A stretch of DNA of 64,000 nt from a candidate division Hyd24-12 bacterium UBA6080 (GCA_002436025.1 DIXM01000002.1:727164-791163); one strand, 5' to 3'; shown: positions 29,480-39,413, numbered from the stretch's first letter. Translations and numbers: made by a program. The notes: generated by a model not told the origin, from the letters alone.

Positions 29480-30034
29480 CTAGTATTCGATACCCTTTCG
29501 GGCCTTCAGCTTTTCGGTGGTGTAGTAGTGCCTGACCTCGGTCATTTCCGTGACAAGGTCCGCTGCATCGATGATCTCCTTCGGGGCGTACCTGCCTGTG
29601 AGGACCAGTTCCACACCACTTGCCCTCTTCTTGATCACATCAAGGGCTTCCTGTACCGAAAGCAGTCCCAGGTGAACCGTCACGTTCAGTTCGTCGGCTA
29701 TCACCAACCCGTACGACCCGCTTGAAACGGCCTCTTTCAAAAGGCGCAGACCGTTCTTCGCGCCAGCCAGATCATCTTTGGAAGGCGCCTGCCCCTGGCA
29801 GAGCAGGCGGGGGGTACCGTACTGCTCCATTGTGATAAGCCCGGGGAAATGATTCGGAAGACACAGCTCGGAGTAGTCGCTTCCCTTCATGAACTGGCCG
29901 ATGTAGACCTTGCGGCCCGAGCAGGCGAAGCGCAACGCGAGCCCCAGCGCGGCGGTCGTCTTGCCCTTTCCGTTCCCGGTGTAAACATGCACCCTGCCCC
30001 CAAGGAGGGGATCGGTCAGATCCTGATCATTCAT
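29480..30034 (-). CDS. cobO: Cob(I)yrinic acid a,c-diamide adenosyltransferase (BtuR/CobO)
   Basis: GRVHVYTGNGKGKTTAALGLALRFACSGRKVYIGQFMKG P-loop and family pattern; start at MNDQD. Confidence 0.85.
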   Translation of the reverse strand: MNDQDLTDPLLGGRVHVYTGNGKGKTTAALGLALRFACSGRKVYIGQFMKGSDYSELCLPNHFPGLITMEQYGTPRLLCQGQAPSKDDLAGAKNGLRLLKEAVSSGSYGLVIADELNVTVHLGLLSVQEALDVIKKRASGVELVLTGRYAPKEIIDAADLVTEMTEVRHYYTTEKLKARKGIEY

Positions 30035-30114
30035 GCGTTCTCCCTTCAACCGGGTGAACATAATCTTCAGGTGGAGTTCAGGCGAAGGAACGGGTGCATT
30101 GACCTGTTCCGGCA

Positions 30115-33100
30115 TTGGCGGGTATTGTCGCCGGAGACCCGCAAACGTTTGGGGGACAAATGCGGCAATCGCTGCTGGACAATCTCGCGGATGACATGGG
30201 CAGGATAGCAGGGAATTCGCGGGGCAGTACGACCCGGGGACCAGGACTTCATCCCGGTGAAAGACGGGATGTCGCCGTCCTGTTCCTTGACATCAGCGGT
30301 TTCACAGCCCTCGCGGAGAGAATGGACTTCGAGCTGGTCCATCATCTCGTGAACGGGATCATGCAGGTCTTCTCGGGGATCGTGTCGGACGGAGGCGGCT
30401 ATGTTGACAAACTGGAGGGGGATCGCATCATGGCCCTCTTCGGTGCTGAACAGGCCGGTGACAACGATTCGGTGAGGGCCGTGGAAAGCGCGCTCCGAAT
30501 GCTTCGCGCCCTTGACCAGGTCAACGGGATGCTTTCGGGGGAAGGCATCGAGATCGAGGCCAGGGCTGGAGTCAGTTACGGACAGGTCATCGTGGCGCCG
30601 GATGCCTGTGGTCACCTTACGGCAACCGGAGATGTCGTGAACGTTGCCTCCCGTCTTGCTGACGTTGCTCCCCTTGGCGGTCTGGCCGTTTCCGAAGGTG
30701 CAAGGAACATGTGCGGCAGCTTCCACACGTGGTCGGACCTTGGCGAGATCGTGATAAGGGGGCGATCGACACCTGTTCACGCCTTTCAGCCAACCGGACC
30801 CGGAGAGGTTCTCGTTCAGAGGTGGGAAAGGGCCGCGAGGATATCCGGCACTCCCCATCTTGGACGGGAAAGGGAGATGTCTCTGCTTCGCTCCACCTGG
30901 CAGGCCATGGAACCCGGCTCGTTCGCTGTCGTTTCCATAATGGGAGAGGCCGGCATCGGGAAGTCCAGGCTGCTTTTCGAGTTTGCCGCTGAGCTGGCGC
31001 GTTCGTCTGATGCACCGGTGGTCCTGTCCGGCAGGAACCTGTCCGTCTCGCAGCCACCACTCGGGCTCTGGTCGACGTTGCTCGCCGATGCCATTGCTGG
31101 CGAACTGCTTAGGGGGTCGCAGGTCAGGTCTCCCGAGGCCCTGCTTGAACGGCTTCTGTCCAGTTCCGGCACTGGCAGTGGCGATGATCTTCTGGGAACG
31201 CTTCCCTTCCTTCGAAGCCTTCTTTCCCTTGACCCCGGGAGGGACTCGCTTTCCGGCATCAGCCAGGACTCACGTCGCAAGGAAATGATGATCTCCCTGA
31301 GGAAGACCATCGAGGCGGTATCGGCTTCAAGGGATCTGCTTCTTGTACTGGAGGACATCCAATGGGCCGATGCAGCTTCAAGGGAAGTGCTTGACTTCGT
31401 ACTGGCAGGGCTCCGTCCAGCGCGCAGGGTGCTGATCCTTCTGTCGTACAGGACCGACGGAAGCAGGGAAACTCCCCTGCCCCCCTTGCATCAGGTAATC
31501 AGCCTTTTCGAGCTGGAGAAGTCCCATGGGAAGCTTATCATCGGGCACATGCTCGGGGAGGAGGTTGGCCACGGATTTGAGGATGCAGTTCTGGAAAGGT
31601 CCGGGGGCAACCCTTTCTTCATCGAAGAGATGGTGCTTGACCTGATAGAATCGGGACGTCTTGTGGAAACCGGGTACGGCTGGGAACACCACCCGGAACC
31701 CTCCGCGCCCTCTGCTCCCGCTTCCATAGGCGGGATCATCAGATCGAGGGTGGACAGGCTTCCCGCCGCGCAGAAATCAGGTCTTCTTCTCGCTTCCGTT
31801 CTGGGGTCCGAGTTCAGTGACGGGCTTTTCACAAGGGTATGCGGGCTGGCCGGGAACGGGTTTTCTCCTGTGGAATGTCTGGGACAACTCTTCGGAAGGG
31901 GATTCCTGAAACCCATTGATTGCTGCGGCGAGCCCGGCAGGCGTTTCACCCATCTTCTCATCCGTGATGCGGCATACGACATGCTGCTTTACAGGAACAG
32001 GACGATCCTGCACAGGTTCGCCGCCCAGGCCCTGGAGCAGGACTGCGCCGGCGGCAGGAGCGACATGGCCGTTGTGATAGCCGACCACTGGGACCTTGCG
32101 GGCAACCTTGGCAAGGCGATCGAATGGGGGTTGCGCGCACTGGCACACTGTGAGCTCTATTTCCTCAACGAGGAGGGGCTCGCGGTGACGGATCGGCTCC
32201 TTCGATGGATCGAAGGCCAGCCCGGAAGCAGTTACCGTGATAACTCGCTTTTCGAGGTGATGATGGCCCGCGAGAAATTCCTTGGTCTTCTGGGCCGCAG
32301 GGACGAACAGGCGCTATTGCTTCGTGAGCTGGGAAACTCTGCGGAGAAAGCCGAAAGGCGCGACTGGACGGTTATGGTGAAGGGGCGTCTGGGTAGGATG
32401 CAGATCCATACCGGGATGCTCGAGCAGGCCAGGGAAACCCTTGCCCCGGCTATCGTTGAATCGGCTGCGCTCTGCAGCAGAGATGTTCACGGTGGGATGC
32501 TCGCTGATATGGCCGCCCTTTGCATCAAGCAGGGCAGAGCACTCGAAAGCATCGAGCTGGCAGGGGAGGCACTCAGGCTTTTCAGGGAGTGTGGGGACAG
32601 GAACGCAGAATGCATGGCCATAAACTCGCTGGGCATAGCGAACTGGAACATGGAGAGGCTGCCCGAAGCCCTTGGGTTCTTCCAGACCGCCAACGAATTG
32701 AGCAAGGACACCCGGAACAGGTGGTACGAGGGGAACACGCTGCTGAACATCGGCGTGATCCATCGATGCCTGGGGGACATGGACAAGGCGAGGGAGTATT
32801 ACCAGAAAGCACTGGAACTCACCCGGGAAACCGGAAACCTTCAGAGCGAGGCCAACGCCCATGCAAACCTGGGTATCCTTGCCTTGCTCGAGGGCAGGCT
32901 GGAGGATGCCGGAAAGCATTACAACTCGGCCCTCGTCATTTACAGGAAAACGGGGAACAAACTGCTGGAACTCCAGACACTGGCCAAACTCGGCAGGCTT
33001 GCCGCGAGGCATGAAAGGTATCGTGAGGCTGAAGCTCTTTTCAGGCAATCCCTTGCCATTCAGGAGGAGACGGGGCAGACCCTTGATGAGTGTGAGACCC

Positions 33101-33423
33101 TCAACAGCCTCGCTGAGCTTCTGCTCAAGACCGGAAGGACAGACCAGGCTGAGCAGTTGCTCAAGAGGGCTCTGGAAGTCAGCATGGCCACGGAAGACGG
33201 TGTCGGGGAAGCCGGAGCCCTCTGCATGCTCGCCGGGATCGAACTCGAAAGGGGGGATCTGAAAAGGGCCGTTGAGTTTCATTCCCGGGCGATGTCAGCC
33301 TGCGAAGGCAACGGTATCGAGGACGAACTTGACCTGAAGCTCAATGAACTGGCCGAAAAACTGAGGCTGCCCGGTCCTTCCGGCAATGAACAGTGTCAAA
33401 CCCCATTCAATCCCTTATGTTAA
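30115..33423 (+). CDS. Class III adenylate/guanylate cyclase domain - AAA ATPase - TPR repeat regulatory protein
   Basis: Cyclase core VAVLFLDISGFTALAERMD...VDKLEGDRIMALFG; Walker A GEAGIGKSRLL; C-terminal TPR repeats (NSLGIANW, YEGNTLLNIGVIH, etc.); no HTH. Confidence 0.75.
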   Translation: MAGIVAGDPQTFGGQMRQSLLDNLADDMGRIAGNSRGSTTRGPGLHPGERRDVAVLFLDISGFTALAERMDFELVHHLVNGIMQVFSGIVSDGGGYVDKLEGDRIMALFGAEQAGDNDSVRAVESALRMLRALDQVNGMLSGEGIEIEARAGVSYGQVIVAPDACGHLTATGDVVNVASRLADVAPLGGLAVSEGARNMCGSFHTWSDLGEIVIRGRSTPVHAFQPTGPGEVLVQRWERAARISGTPHLGREREMSLLRSTWQAMEPGSFAVVSIMGEAGIGKSRLLFEFAAELARSSDAPVVLSGRNLSVSQPPLGLWSTLLADAIAGELLRGSQVRSPEALLERLLSSSGTGSGDDLLGTLPFLRSLLSLDPGRDSLSGISQDSRRKEMMISLRKTIEAVSASRDLLLVLEDIQWADAASREVLDFVLAGLRPARRVLILLSYRTDGSRETPLPPLHQVISLFELEKSHGKLIIGHMLGEEVGHGFEDAVLERSGGNPFFIEEMVLDLIESGRLVETGYGWEHHPEPSAPSAPASIGGIIRSRVDRLPAAQKSGLLLASVLGSEFSDGLFTRVCGLAGNGFSPVECLGQLFGRGFLKPIDCCGEPGRRFTHLLIRDAAYDMLLYRNRTILHRFAAQALEQDCAGGRSDMAVVIADHWDLAGNLGKAIEWGLRALAHCELYFLNEEGLAVTDRLLRWIEGQPGSSYRDNSLFEVMMAREKFLGLLGRRDEQALLLRELGNSAEKAERRDWTVMVKGRLGRMQIHTGMLEQARETLAPAIVESAALCSRDVHGGMLADMAALCIKQGRALESIELAGEALRLFRECGDRNAECMAINSLGIANWNMERLPEALGFFQTANELSKDTRNRWYEGNTLLNIGVIHRCLGDMDKAREYYQKALELTRETGNLQSEANAHANLGILALLEGRLEDAGKHYNSALVIYRKTGNKLLELQTLAKLGRLAARHERYREAEALFRQSLAIQEETGQTLDECETLNSLAELLLKTGRTDQAEQLLKRALEVSMATEDGVGEAGALCMLAGIELERGDLKRAVEFHSRAMSACEGNGIEDELDLKLNELAEKLRLPGPSGNEQCQTPFNPLC

Positions 33424-33496
33424 CATTTGCCGGAGGAAAGACTGACCCAGCCTTCCCTTATTCAAACCATTGAAAAAAAACAGGAAAGGAAAGCCA

Positions 33497-34096
33497 ATGA
33501 AAGAAATGATCCTTCTTTTCGCAGTAATGATGCTTTTCGCTCTCTCCGGTTGCGGTGAACAGCCCGCTCCTGAGGGTACCACCGTGACCACGACCACAGA
33601 GACCACTACCACAGAGACCACTACCGAAACGATGAATGGTCAGCTTGGTGACGCCATTGTTCTCCCCGATGGGTGGGCAATGAACGACGCCATAACTCCC
33701 GCCGAGGTCGAGGCCATAATGGGCACTGCAGGTTTCGGCTCATTCCCCGAAGCCGCAAGCAACGCCGCATCAGGCAAACCGATTGGCAGTTACAACATCG
33801 GCAGTGTACCATACAGCAAGGTTCGTTTCGAGGTTGACGTGGCTGGCGGCCGCAGCGGTTACGACACCGCCGTCAGCTTCCTCACCAGCCCCGTTGATGT
33901 TCCCGGTGACCTCTGGGATGCCGCTTCCATCGGCGATGTTCCCGCAGCCGACCGTATGCAGGTGAGGTTTGTCGGCCTTCGCGGCAACGTCAGCTTCCAT
34001 ATCAGCTGGGAACCCGCGGTTTTCCCGGGTCTGGACAAGACTGAAACCAGCGTCAGGCTCGCCGAACTTCTCATAACGAATCTTTACAGCCAGTAA
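33497..34096 (+). CDS. Lipoprotein with Thr/Glu-rich linker
   Basis: MKEMILLFAVMMLFALSGC lipobox; TVTTTTETTTTETTTET repeat linker encoded by an ACCACnGAGACCACTACC direct repeat. Confidence 0.5.
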   Translation: MKEMILLFAVMMLFALSGCGEQPAPEGTTVTTTTETTTTETTTETMNGQLGDAIVLPDGWAMNDAITPAEVEAIMGTAGFGSFPEAASNAASGKPIGSYNIGSVPYSKVRFEVDVAGGRSGYDTAVSFLTSPVDVPGDLWDAASIGDVPAADRMQVRFVGLRGNVSFHISWEPAVFPGLDKTETSVRLAELLITNLYSQ

Positions 34097-34114
34097 CCAG
34101 AAGCGAATACCGAT

Positions 34115-34148
34115 GCGGCCCCGGGAACATTCGGGGCCGCTTGCTTTT
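34115..34148 (+). terminator. Rho-independent terminator (GCGGCCCCG / CGGGGCCGC stem + TTGCTTTT)
   Basis: Perfect 9-bp GC stem with 8-nt loop followed by a T-rich tract directly after the 33497-34096 gene. Confidence 0.6.
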
Positions 34149-34150
34149 AA

Positions 34151-35275
34151 TCATCCCAGAGTGGAATGGACCTTTTCGAGAAGGTCGGGGATCGAAAGAC
34201 CCCTCGGGCACCTTTCGAGGCATGCGCCGCACCTGTTGCACCTATGGGCGCCGTACCTCTCTCCTATGAAACCGTACAGGGTTTTCGCCTGCTCGAGGTC
34301 CGCATGCATGGTGAAGTAATTGTAGTAGTTGAAGCACCAGGGAATGGCGACTCCCTGGGGACAGGGCATGCAGTATTCACATTGGGTGCACGGGATCTCG
34401 GCCCTTGCCAGAAAGGCTTCCCGGGCCATCTTGTAGGCTTCGAGTTCACCGGGGCTCAGGCAGCCCGCCGGCGAAGAGTCAGCAAGCGCGGCGTTCTCTT
34501 CCAACTGGGCCATCGTTGTCATGCCGCTGAGAACCGTTGACACTCCGGCAATGTTCCAGACCCAGCGAAGCCCCAGTGCCGCAGGTGAATGCCGTGTAAC
34601 CCGGAAACACTCCGAAACCTTTTTCGGAAGGTTGCCAGCCAGAAATCCGCCCCGAAGGGGCTCCATTATCATCACACCCATCCCTTTTGCCGCGGCATCA
34701 AGAACGCCCCTCAGACCGGCCTGGTACTCTGTATCGACATAGTTAAGCATCAGAAGGCAGAGGTCCCAGTTCATGTGTGAGAGAACATCGGTGTATGTCT
34801 CGTAGCTGTCATGAAAACTGAAACCGAATAAGCGGATCCGGCCCTCCTCCTTCATCCGGGCGCCCCACTCGGGTATCCCCGCAGCCCTCATCTTCATCCA
34901 GGTTCTCCGGTTGAGACCATGCAGGAGGTAGATGTCAAGCCAGTCAGTTCTCAGCCTCTTCAGCTGTTTGTCAAGGAACCCACTGGCGTCGTCGGGGGTT
35001 TCCACCATCCAGCAGGGCAGTTTGGTCGAAAGGAGTATCCTCTTCCTCTCACCGGGAGACAGGATGTCGCCCAGGAAACCCTCACTCTTCTCTCTGTGGT
35101 AGTTCCATGCGGTGTCCAACAGGTTCACACCCAGTGCCAGAGCCCGGTACACAAGATCCTGGGCTTCCTCGTGGATTATGCTCTCAGGGTCTCCCGGTTC
35201 ATGGGGCAGCCGCATGGCCCCGAAGGCAAGGGTCGAAACGCTTTCGCCCGTTACGCCAAGTTTTCTGTACCTCAT
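34151..35275 (-). CDS. Aldo/keto reductase fused to C-terminal 4Fe-4S ferredoxin domain
   Basis: AKR core (MRYRKLGVTGESVSTLAFGAMRL... IYLLHGLN) plus CTQCEYCMPCPQG and CNRCGACLERCP motifs. Confidence 0.75.
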   Translation of the reverse strand: MRYRKLGVTGESVSTLAFGAMRLPHEPGDPESIIHEEAQDLVYRALALGVNLLDTAWNYHREKSEGFLGDILSPGERKRILLSTKLPCWMVETPDDASGFLDKQLKRLRTDWLDIYLLHGLNRRTWMKMRAAGIPEWGARMKEEGRIRLFGFSFHDSYETYTDVLSHMNWDLCLLMLNYVDTEYQAGLRGVLDAAAKGMGVMIMEPLRGGFLAGNLPKKVSECFRVTRHSPAALGLRWVWNIAGVSTVLSGMTTMAQLEENAALADSSPAGCLSPGELEAYKMAREAFLARAEIPCTQCEYCMPCPQGVAIPWCFNYYNYFTMHADLEQAKTLYGFIGERYGAHRCNRCGACLERCPRGLSIPDLLEKVHSTLG

Positions 35276-35411
35276 GCCGGGGCTCCCTTCGAAAGACACA
35301 AGCGCAAGACGTTGGAACTGCGCAATTCCAACAAAGTGTCGCCTTTTGAAGGCAACACTAATCCGCTTGAGCAGGGTCGGTCAATGAGAGCTGCTGGAAT
35401 GCATCCGGCCC

Positions 35412-36017
35412 CTATCGGTACAATGCCTTTATGGCTCCGAACGTGCTTTGCCCGAAAGAACCCGGGATATCGTAATCCACGACCAAGTTAGGGTGTTCTG
35501 AGGCCGCTTCCCGCGAGAAGAAATTCTGGTACAATCCTGAGCCGCCGGTTCCGAAGAAAACAATTCCGTAGTTGGGATAGGTCCCCTGAACCCATTCCTG
35601 AACGAGGCCCTTCACATCGAATTCGTACCATCCGTTTTCAGTAACGACGATCTGGTCGTATGAGCCCGCATCGTCGTAGGCGATGCTGTTCACCAGGACG
35701 CTCTCGCTCCATGGTTCCGTCACGCGGAAGATCTCGCACTCCAATGCGCTCCCGGGGTTGCCGTCGTATCTGAAGATGTTCAGGTATGCGGTGTTGACAA
35801 TGGCTTCCTGGGGTAGTGAAGACAGGTCGAAGCTGATAACGATCCGCTGGTCGAAGGAACTGATGTTGTTGGTCCTGAGCTGCTGACTTGACCCGAACGG
35901 CCCCTGGCCGGGCCAGATCCAGGTGTCTGCGTCGGGAAGCTGGACAATGGTCTCGGCGGAGGCCACAGCAGCGATCAGAACCGTCAACATCAAAGCCAAA
36001 GTGACGCTTCTCATCAT
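35412..36017 (-). CDS. Secreted DNRLRE-domain protein ending in the shared C-terminal motif STFGAIKALYR
   Basis: Signal peptide MMRSVTLALMLTVLIAAVASA. TIVQLPDADTWIW...GWYEFDV...SREAASEHPNLVVDY pattern consistent with the DNRLRE domain. Confidence 0.5.
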   Translation of the reverse strand: MMRSVTLALMLTVLIAAVASAETIVQLPDADTWIWPGQGPFGSSQQLRTNNISSFDQRIVISFDLSSLPQEAIVNTAYLNIFRYDGNPGSALECEIFRVTEPWSESVLVNSIAYDDAGSYDQIVVTENGWYEFDVKGLVQEWVQGTYPNYGIVFFGTGGSGLYQNFFSREAASEHPNLVVDYDIPGSFGQSTFGAIKALYR

Positions 36018-36268
36018 CCCCTCCTAGGTTCTTTTTCCGCAAACCATGCATCAGACAATGGTTTCCGGGCATTTGCCGGAGCGTCGGCGCAGCATTCCGC
36101 TCCCGAGCAGTTATCTGATTTTACATGCAGGATGTCCAGATTGTTCCCGGTCCAGCATCTTAAGCGAAACCAATCCTTGTTCCAAAACGACTCATTCCGT
36201 AAACACATGCGTACGACTTCATTCTATATTACGATGGACATGGGCTGTATCGGGAGAAACGGGGGGGT

Positions 36269-36961
36269 ATGAAAAACACAGTTCTGCTGCTTATCGCTCT
36301 TTCAGGGCCTGTTTGGGCGGACTTTGTCGATGACTTCCAGTCTTACCAGCCGGGACAGGGCCCTGAGTCATCCGGCAACTGGATCAGGGAGGAGAGCGGA
36401 GGCTACGCCCTGGTGACATCCCAGGGTGAGAACCAGGTGATCGAGGCTTTCTTCCCGGATTCTACCTATCTGGGATACCTTTGCTCTGCGGCGGGTTTCT
36501 GGACGGACGGGTCGGTTTCGATGGGCTTCAGCCCCGATGGCACCGGAAGCCTCGTGAATGTGCTGGCCAGGATGCAGATCACCACGGGCGAAGCCTACGT
36601 GGGAGGCGTGATCGTCTTCCTCCAGCCCTTCACCTATGCCTACATCGGCTATGTGAACACGACGGGAGACTACGAGCTTCTTTACAGCAATTTCGGTCCC
36701 ACGCTGACACCCGGGACCTGGGTCAACGTGGGTCTCACTGTAGAAAACATTGACCCGGTCGTGCTCACCCTTCACATAAACGGCCAGCAGGCCGCCCAGG
36801 TGCTTGACCCTGTGTACCGGCTGGGTTCGGGTCTCTCCGGCTTCGCGATGATCTACGAGGGCGATGTTCCCTCCATCCTCGCCGACGACTTTCAGGTCGT
36901 CCTGAGCGCACAGGCGCTTGAAACGACAACCTTTGGAGCGATCAAGGCGGTGTTCAGATGA
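36269..36961 (+). CDS. Secreted hypothetical protein ending in the shared C-terminal motif TTFGAIKAVFR
   Basis: Signal peptide MKNTVLLLIALSGPVWA. No recognised domain. C-terminal 11 aa nearly identical to the divergently transcribed DNRLRE protein. Confidence 0.45.
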   Translation: MKNTVLLLIALSGPVWADFVDDFQSYQPGQGPESSGNWIREESGGYALVTSQGENQVIEAFFPDSTYLGYLCSAAGFWTDGSVSMGFSPDGTGSLVNVLARMQITTGEAYVGGVIVFLQPFTYAYIGYVNTTGDYELLYSNFGPTLTPGTWVNVGLTVENIDPVVLTLHINGQQAAQVLDPVYRLGSGLSGFAMIYEGDVPSILADDFQVVLSAQALETTTFGAIKAVFR

Positions 36962-37209
36962 AGGGGACGATCCCGGGAAAACTCCTTACCGCTTTGCTTG
37001 CCTTGCTTCTGCAGGCTTCTTGCGGCGGGAACGACAGTGCGAACGGGCAGAACGCAGATCAGGGATCCGGAATGATCGAGGCCGTGGAAGCCATAAACGA
37101 CATTGCCACACCTCCCGTGCCCACGGGTGTGATAAACGATGCCCGGGATGCTGCTGCTGCAGCCAACGCCCACGTTGAGACCGTAGACTCCATACTGGGA
37201 TCCCAATGA
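36958..37209 (+). CDS. Small lipoprotein
   Basis: LLALLLQASC lipobox, 83 aa, start overlaps upstream stop. Confidence 0.35.
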   Translation: MKGTIPGKLLTALLALLLQASCGGNDSANGQNADQGSGMIEAVEAINDIATPPVPTGVINDARDAAAAANAHVETVDSILGSQ

Positions 37210-37219
37210 AGCGGGGGCT

Positions 37220-37519
37220 GTGAAACGGGAACGTACACTTCTCGCAGTCTCCGGACTCTCGTTCTTCGCCGTTCTTCTTTCGGTGAGCGCGTACCTTCTG
37301 CACTGGAGGGTGGCGAACGAACCGGGTGCACGGCCGGTTCCCGAGCTTCTCACCATTTCCGCTGTACTTCTTTCTGCCGGATCGTTCGGAGCCCTTCTGT
37401 CAAACGGAATGCTCCTTCTCCGCCGGACTCGCAAGTGGCGCATCCTTCTGATCCCGCCTGGCGCCGCCCTTATACTGTACCTGCCGGTACTTGCGCTTAC
37501 GCTCATCATGCTGGTATAG
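37220..37519 (+). CDS. Small membrane protein
   Basis: 99 aa, three predicted TM helices. Confidence 0.3.
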   Translation: MKRERTLLAVSGLSFFAVLLSVSAYLLHWRVANEPGARPVPELLTISAVLLSAGSFGALLSNGMLLLRRTRKWRILLIPPGAALILYLPVLALTLIMLV

Positions 37520-37561
37520 GGGGCTGTCGGGCGTTACTGGATTTTCCGGCCAATATTTCCC

Positions 37562-38011
37562 ATGTTTCAGATACAAACAGGAGGAAGCATGGGTTCTGAA
37601 CGGATAATCACCTTTGAGACCGCAGTCTGCGGCAAGCCCGTTCTGGAGAAACAGAGCCGTTTCCTGGCGTGCGGTGTCCCCCTGTCAGGGAAGGATGCAA
37701 TTAACGCAACGGTTCAGGCTGCGACAAAACGGTTCCGCATGGATAAGGCAGGCCAGCTTAGCTGGGCATGCCGTCTGGCGGACGGTACCGAGTTGAAGAG
37801 CGACGGTGGCGAGCCGGGTGCGGGGAAGTGCATCCTTGAAGTGATGAACGGCATGAACGCTGTGGACTGCATTGTGATAGTCGCCAGGTGGTACGGCGGC
37901 AAGCATCTGGGTGGCATGCGTTTCAGGATTTACCGTGAATCCGCCCGTGAGCTTCTTGCCGAACAGGGAACGGGGAATGGGGGACAGGATGCTTCTGTGC
38001 ACCGATCCTGA
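37562..38011 (+). CDS. YigZ/IMPACT family protein (N-terminal domain)
   Basis: GKCILEVMNGMNAVDCIVIVARWYGGKHLGGMRFRIY matches the UPF0029/IMPACT core. Confidence 0.55.
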   Translation: MFQIQTGGSMGSERIITFETAVCGKPVLEKQSRFLACGVPLSGKDAINATVQAATKRFRMDKAGQLSWACRLADGTELKSDGGEPGAGKCILEVMNGMNAVDCIVIVARWYGGKHLGGMRFRIYRESARELLAEQGTGNGGQDASVHRS

Positions 38012-38489
38012 ATTGATGGTCCTTCTCAGTGTTGCAGTGATGCTTCTGCTTTCGTATCTGTTTGCCGTCAGACGATCTCCGGGAAAACCTGCCGCTTCAG
38101 TCGAGGTGAAACCTGATTCGGAGTGGCGGCTTGGGTTTCTGGCCGTGCCGCGAAAGAAGTACAGGCTGTTCGTGCGGTTCGATGTGTCTTTTCAGGGGGG
38201 AGAGGACGAGTACGGGCTGGTGGTTGACTACTCGTGTATCGCTGGCGGATCGATGGTCTTTCGGGAGCGGGCCGGCACGGGCAACATCGTTCCACCGGAG
38301 AGGGACAGGTTCATCGGAAGCCAGCAGATGAGCAGTTTTACCTCAACACCGGGCAGTTGCCGTCACAGGGCAACCATCACACTGACCAGGGTCGGACCAT
38401 TCGAAGAGAACACTGAGGTGACGGCGGGGGGAACCGTTGTCATATCCACGGGAGCGGTTCTCTCCAACTGCCAGGTTTTCTTCGCCTGA
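37977..38489 (+). CDS. Hypothetical membrane-anchored protein
   Basis: TM segment LMVLLSVAVMLLLSYLFAV; no domain. Confidence 0.3.
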   Translation: MGDRMLLCTDPELMVLLSVAVMLLLSYLFAVRRSPGKPAASVEVKPDSEWRLGFLAVPRKKYRLFVRFDVSFQGGEDEYGLVVDYSCIAGGSMVFRERAGTGNIVPPERDRFIGSQQMSSFTSTPGSCRHRATITLTRVGPFEENTEVTAGGTVVISTGAVLSNCQVFFA

Positions 38490-38498
38490 CCCGAAAGA

Positions 38499-39374
38499 TC
38501 AGTGAATGGCCATCATTCCCAGAAAGAATCTGTGAACGTCCACGGGGTACCCCTGGTCGCTCTTCACGTTCACGGTACTTACGAGTTCAACGGCAAGTTC
38601 AGGCAGTGGGAAAACGGCAAGGCTCGTTCCTTCCCAGTCGCCGGACAGAACGTAGGGTTCCCATGTAGCCCATAGTTCATCCAGTTCGCTTTCCGAAAGG
38701 GCGTTTCCGGCCCATCTTTCCAGAACGGCCCTCACCTCGCTGCACGAGTAGATGAAGGGCGCCGTGCCACCAGCCATGGAAAGGTCACCCTGCGGCAGAA
38801 GTTCGTAACCGGCAATGCCGACCACGCTCCGGTGAAACAGAAGGACCTCGGAGGCAAGGGGTTCGCCCACGGAGGCGTAACCTGCAAGGGGAAGGGGGAA
38901 TTCCGTTCCGGCAAGGTCAACTTCGTAGTACAGAAACTTGTCGTAAAAACCGTCAGCGCGGGTCAGGGTCAAAGCTTCCCGTGGTCTCCACAGGGGGGCA
39001 AAATCCAGTCCCTGAACCGGCATGAACTGAAGGCTTTCCTCTGTTTCAGCCGGCAGGGCTCCGATCCCCTCCCAGCGGATGAACGAACCAAGCCCACCCA
39101 GCATCATTCCGGGGCCGCCCAACACATCCGGCTCGGGGTACATGTCGAAGATCCCGCCCAGAGCCGCCACCGAAACCTCCCCGGTGAACGCGGGGCCGTA
39201 AAGGTGTATCACCGGTGCCCTGGCAACAGCTTCCTCAACCTGGAACAGGTCGCCCGGATCACCGAGGGCCTGAACCGACTCGCTGTCGTAAAAGACCACT
39301 CCCCATTCATGAAGGTGGATAACAGGATCGCCTGAAGCGGGAAGAACTCCGAGCATGGCGATCAACGCAAGCAT
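38499..39374 (-). CDS. Hypothetical secreted protein
   Basis: Signal peptide MLALIAMLGVLPASG. Confidence 0.35.
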   Translation of the reverse strand: MLALIAMLGVLPASGDPVIHLHEWGVVFYDSESVQALGDPGDLFQVEEAVARAPVIHLYGPAFTGEVSVAALGGIFDMYPEPDVLGGPGMMLGGLGSFIRWEGIGALPAETEESLQFMPVQGLDFAPLWRPREALTLTRADGFYDKFLYYEVDLAGTEFPLPLAGYASVGEPLASEVLLFHRSVVGIAGYELLPQGDLSMAGGTAPFIYSCSEVRAVLERWAGNALSESELDELWATWEPYVLSGDWEGTSLAVFPLPELAVELVSTVNVKSDQGYPVDVHRFFLGMMAIH

Positions 39375-39413
39375 TTTTTACCTCCGCGTAGAAGGACACC
39401 TGTAAAGAACCCT

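Noticed and set aside
33588-33640. Short tandem nucleotide repeats (ACCACnGAGACCACTACC) flagged as a possible CRISPR/repeat array
   Set aside because: They are in-frame coding repeats producing a Thr/Glu-rich linker in a lipoprotein. There are no spacers and no cas genes.
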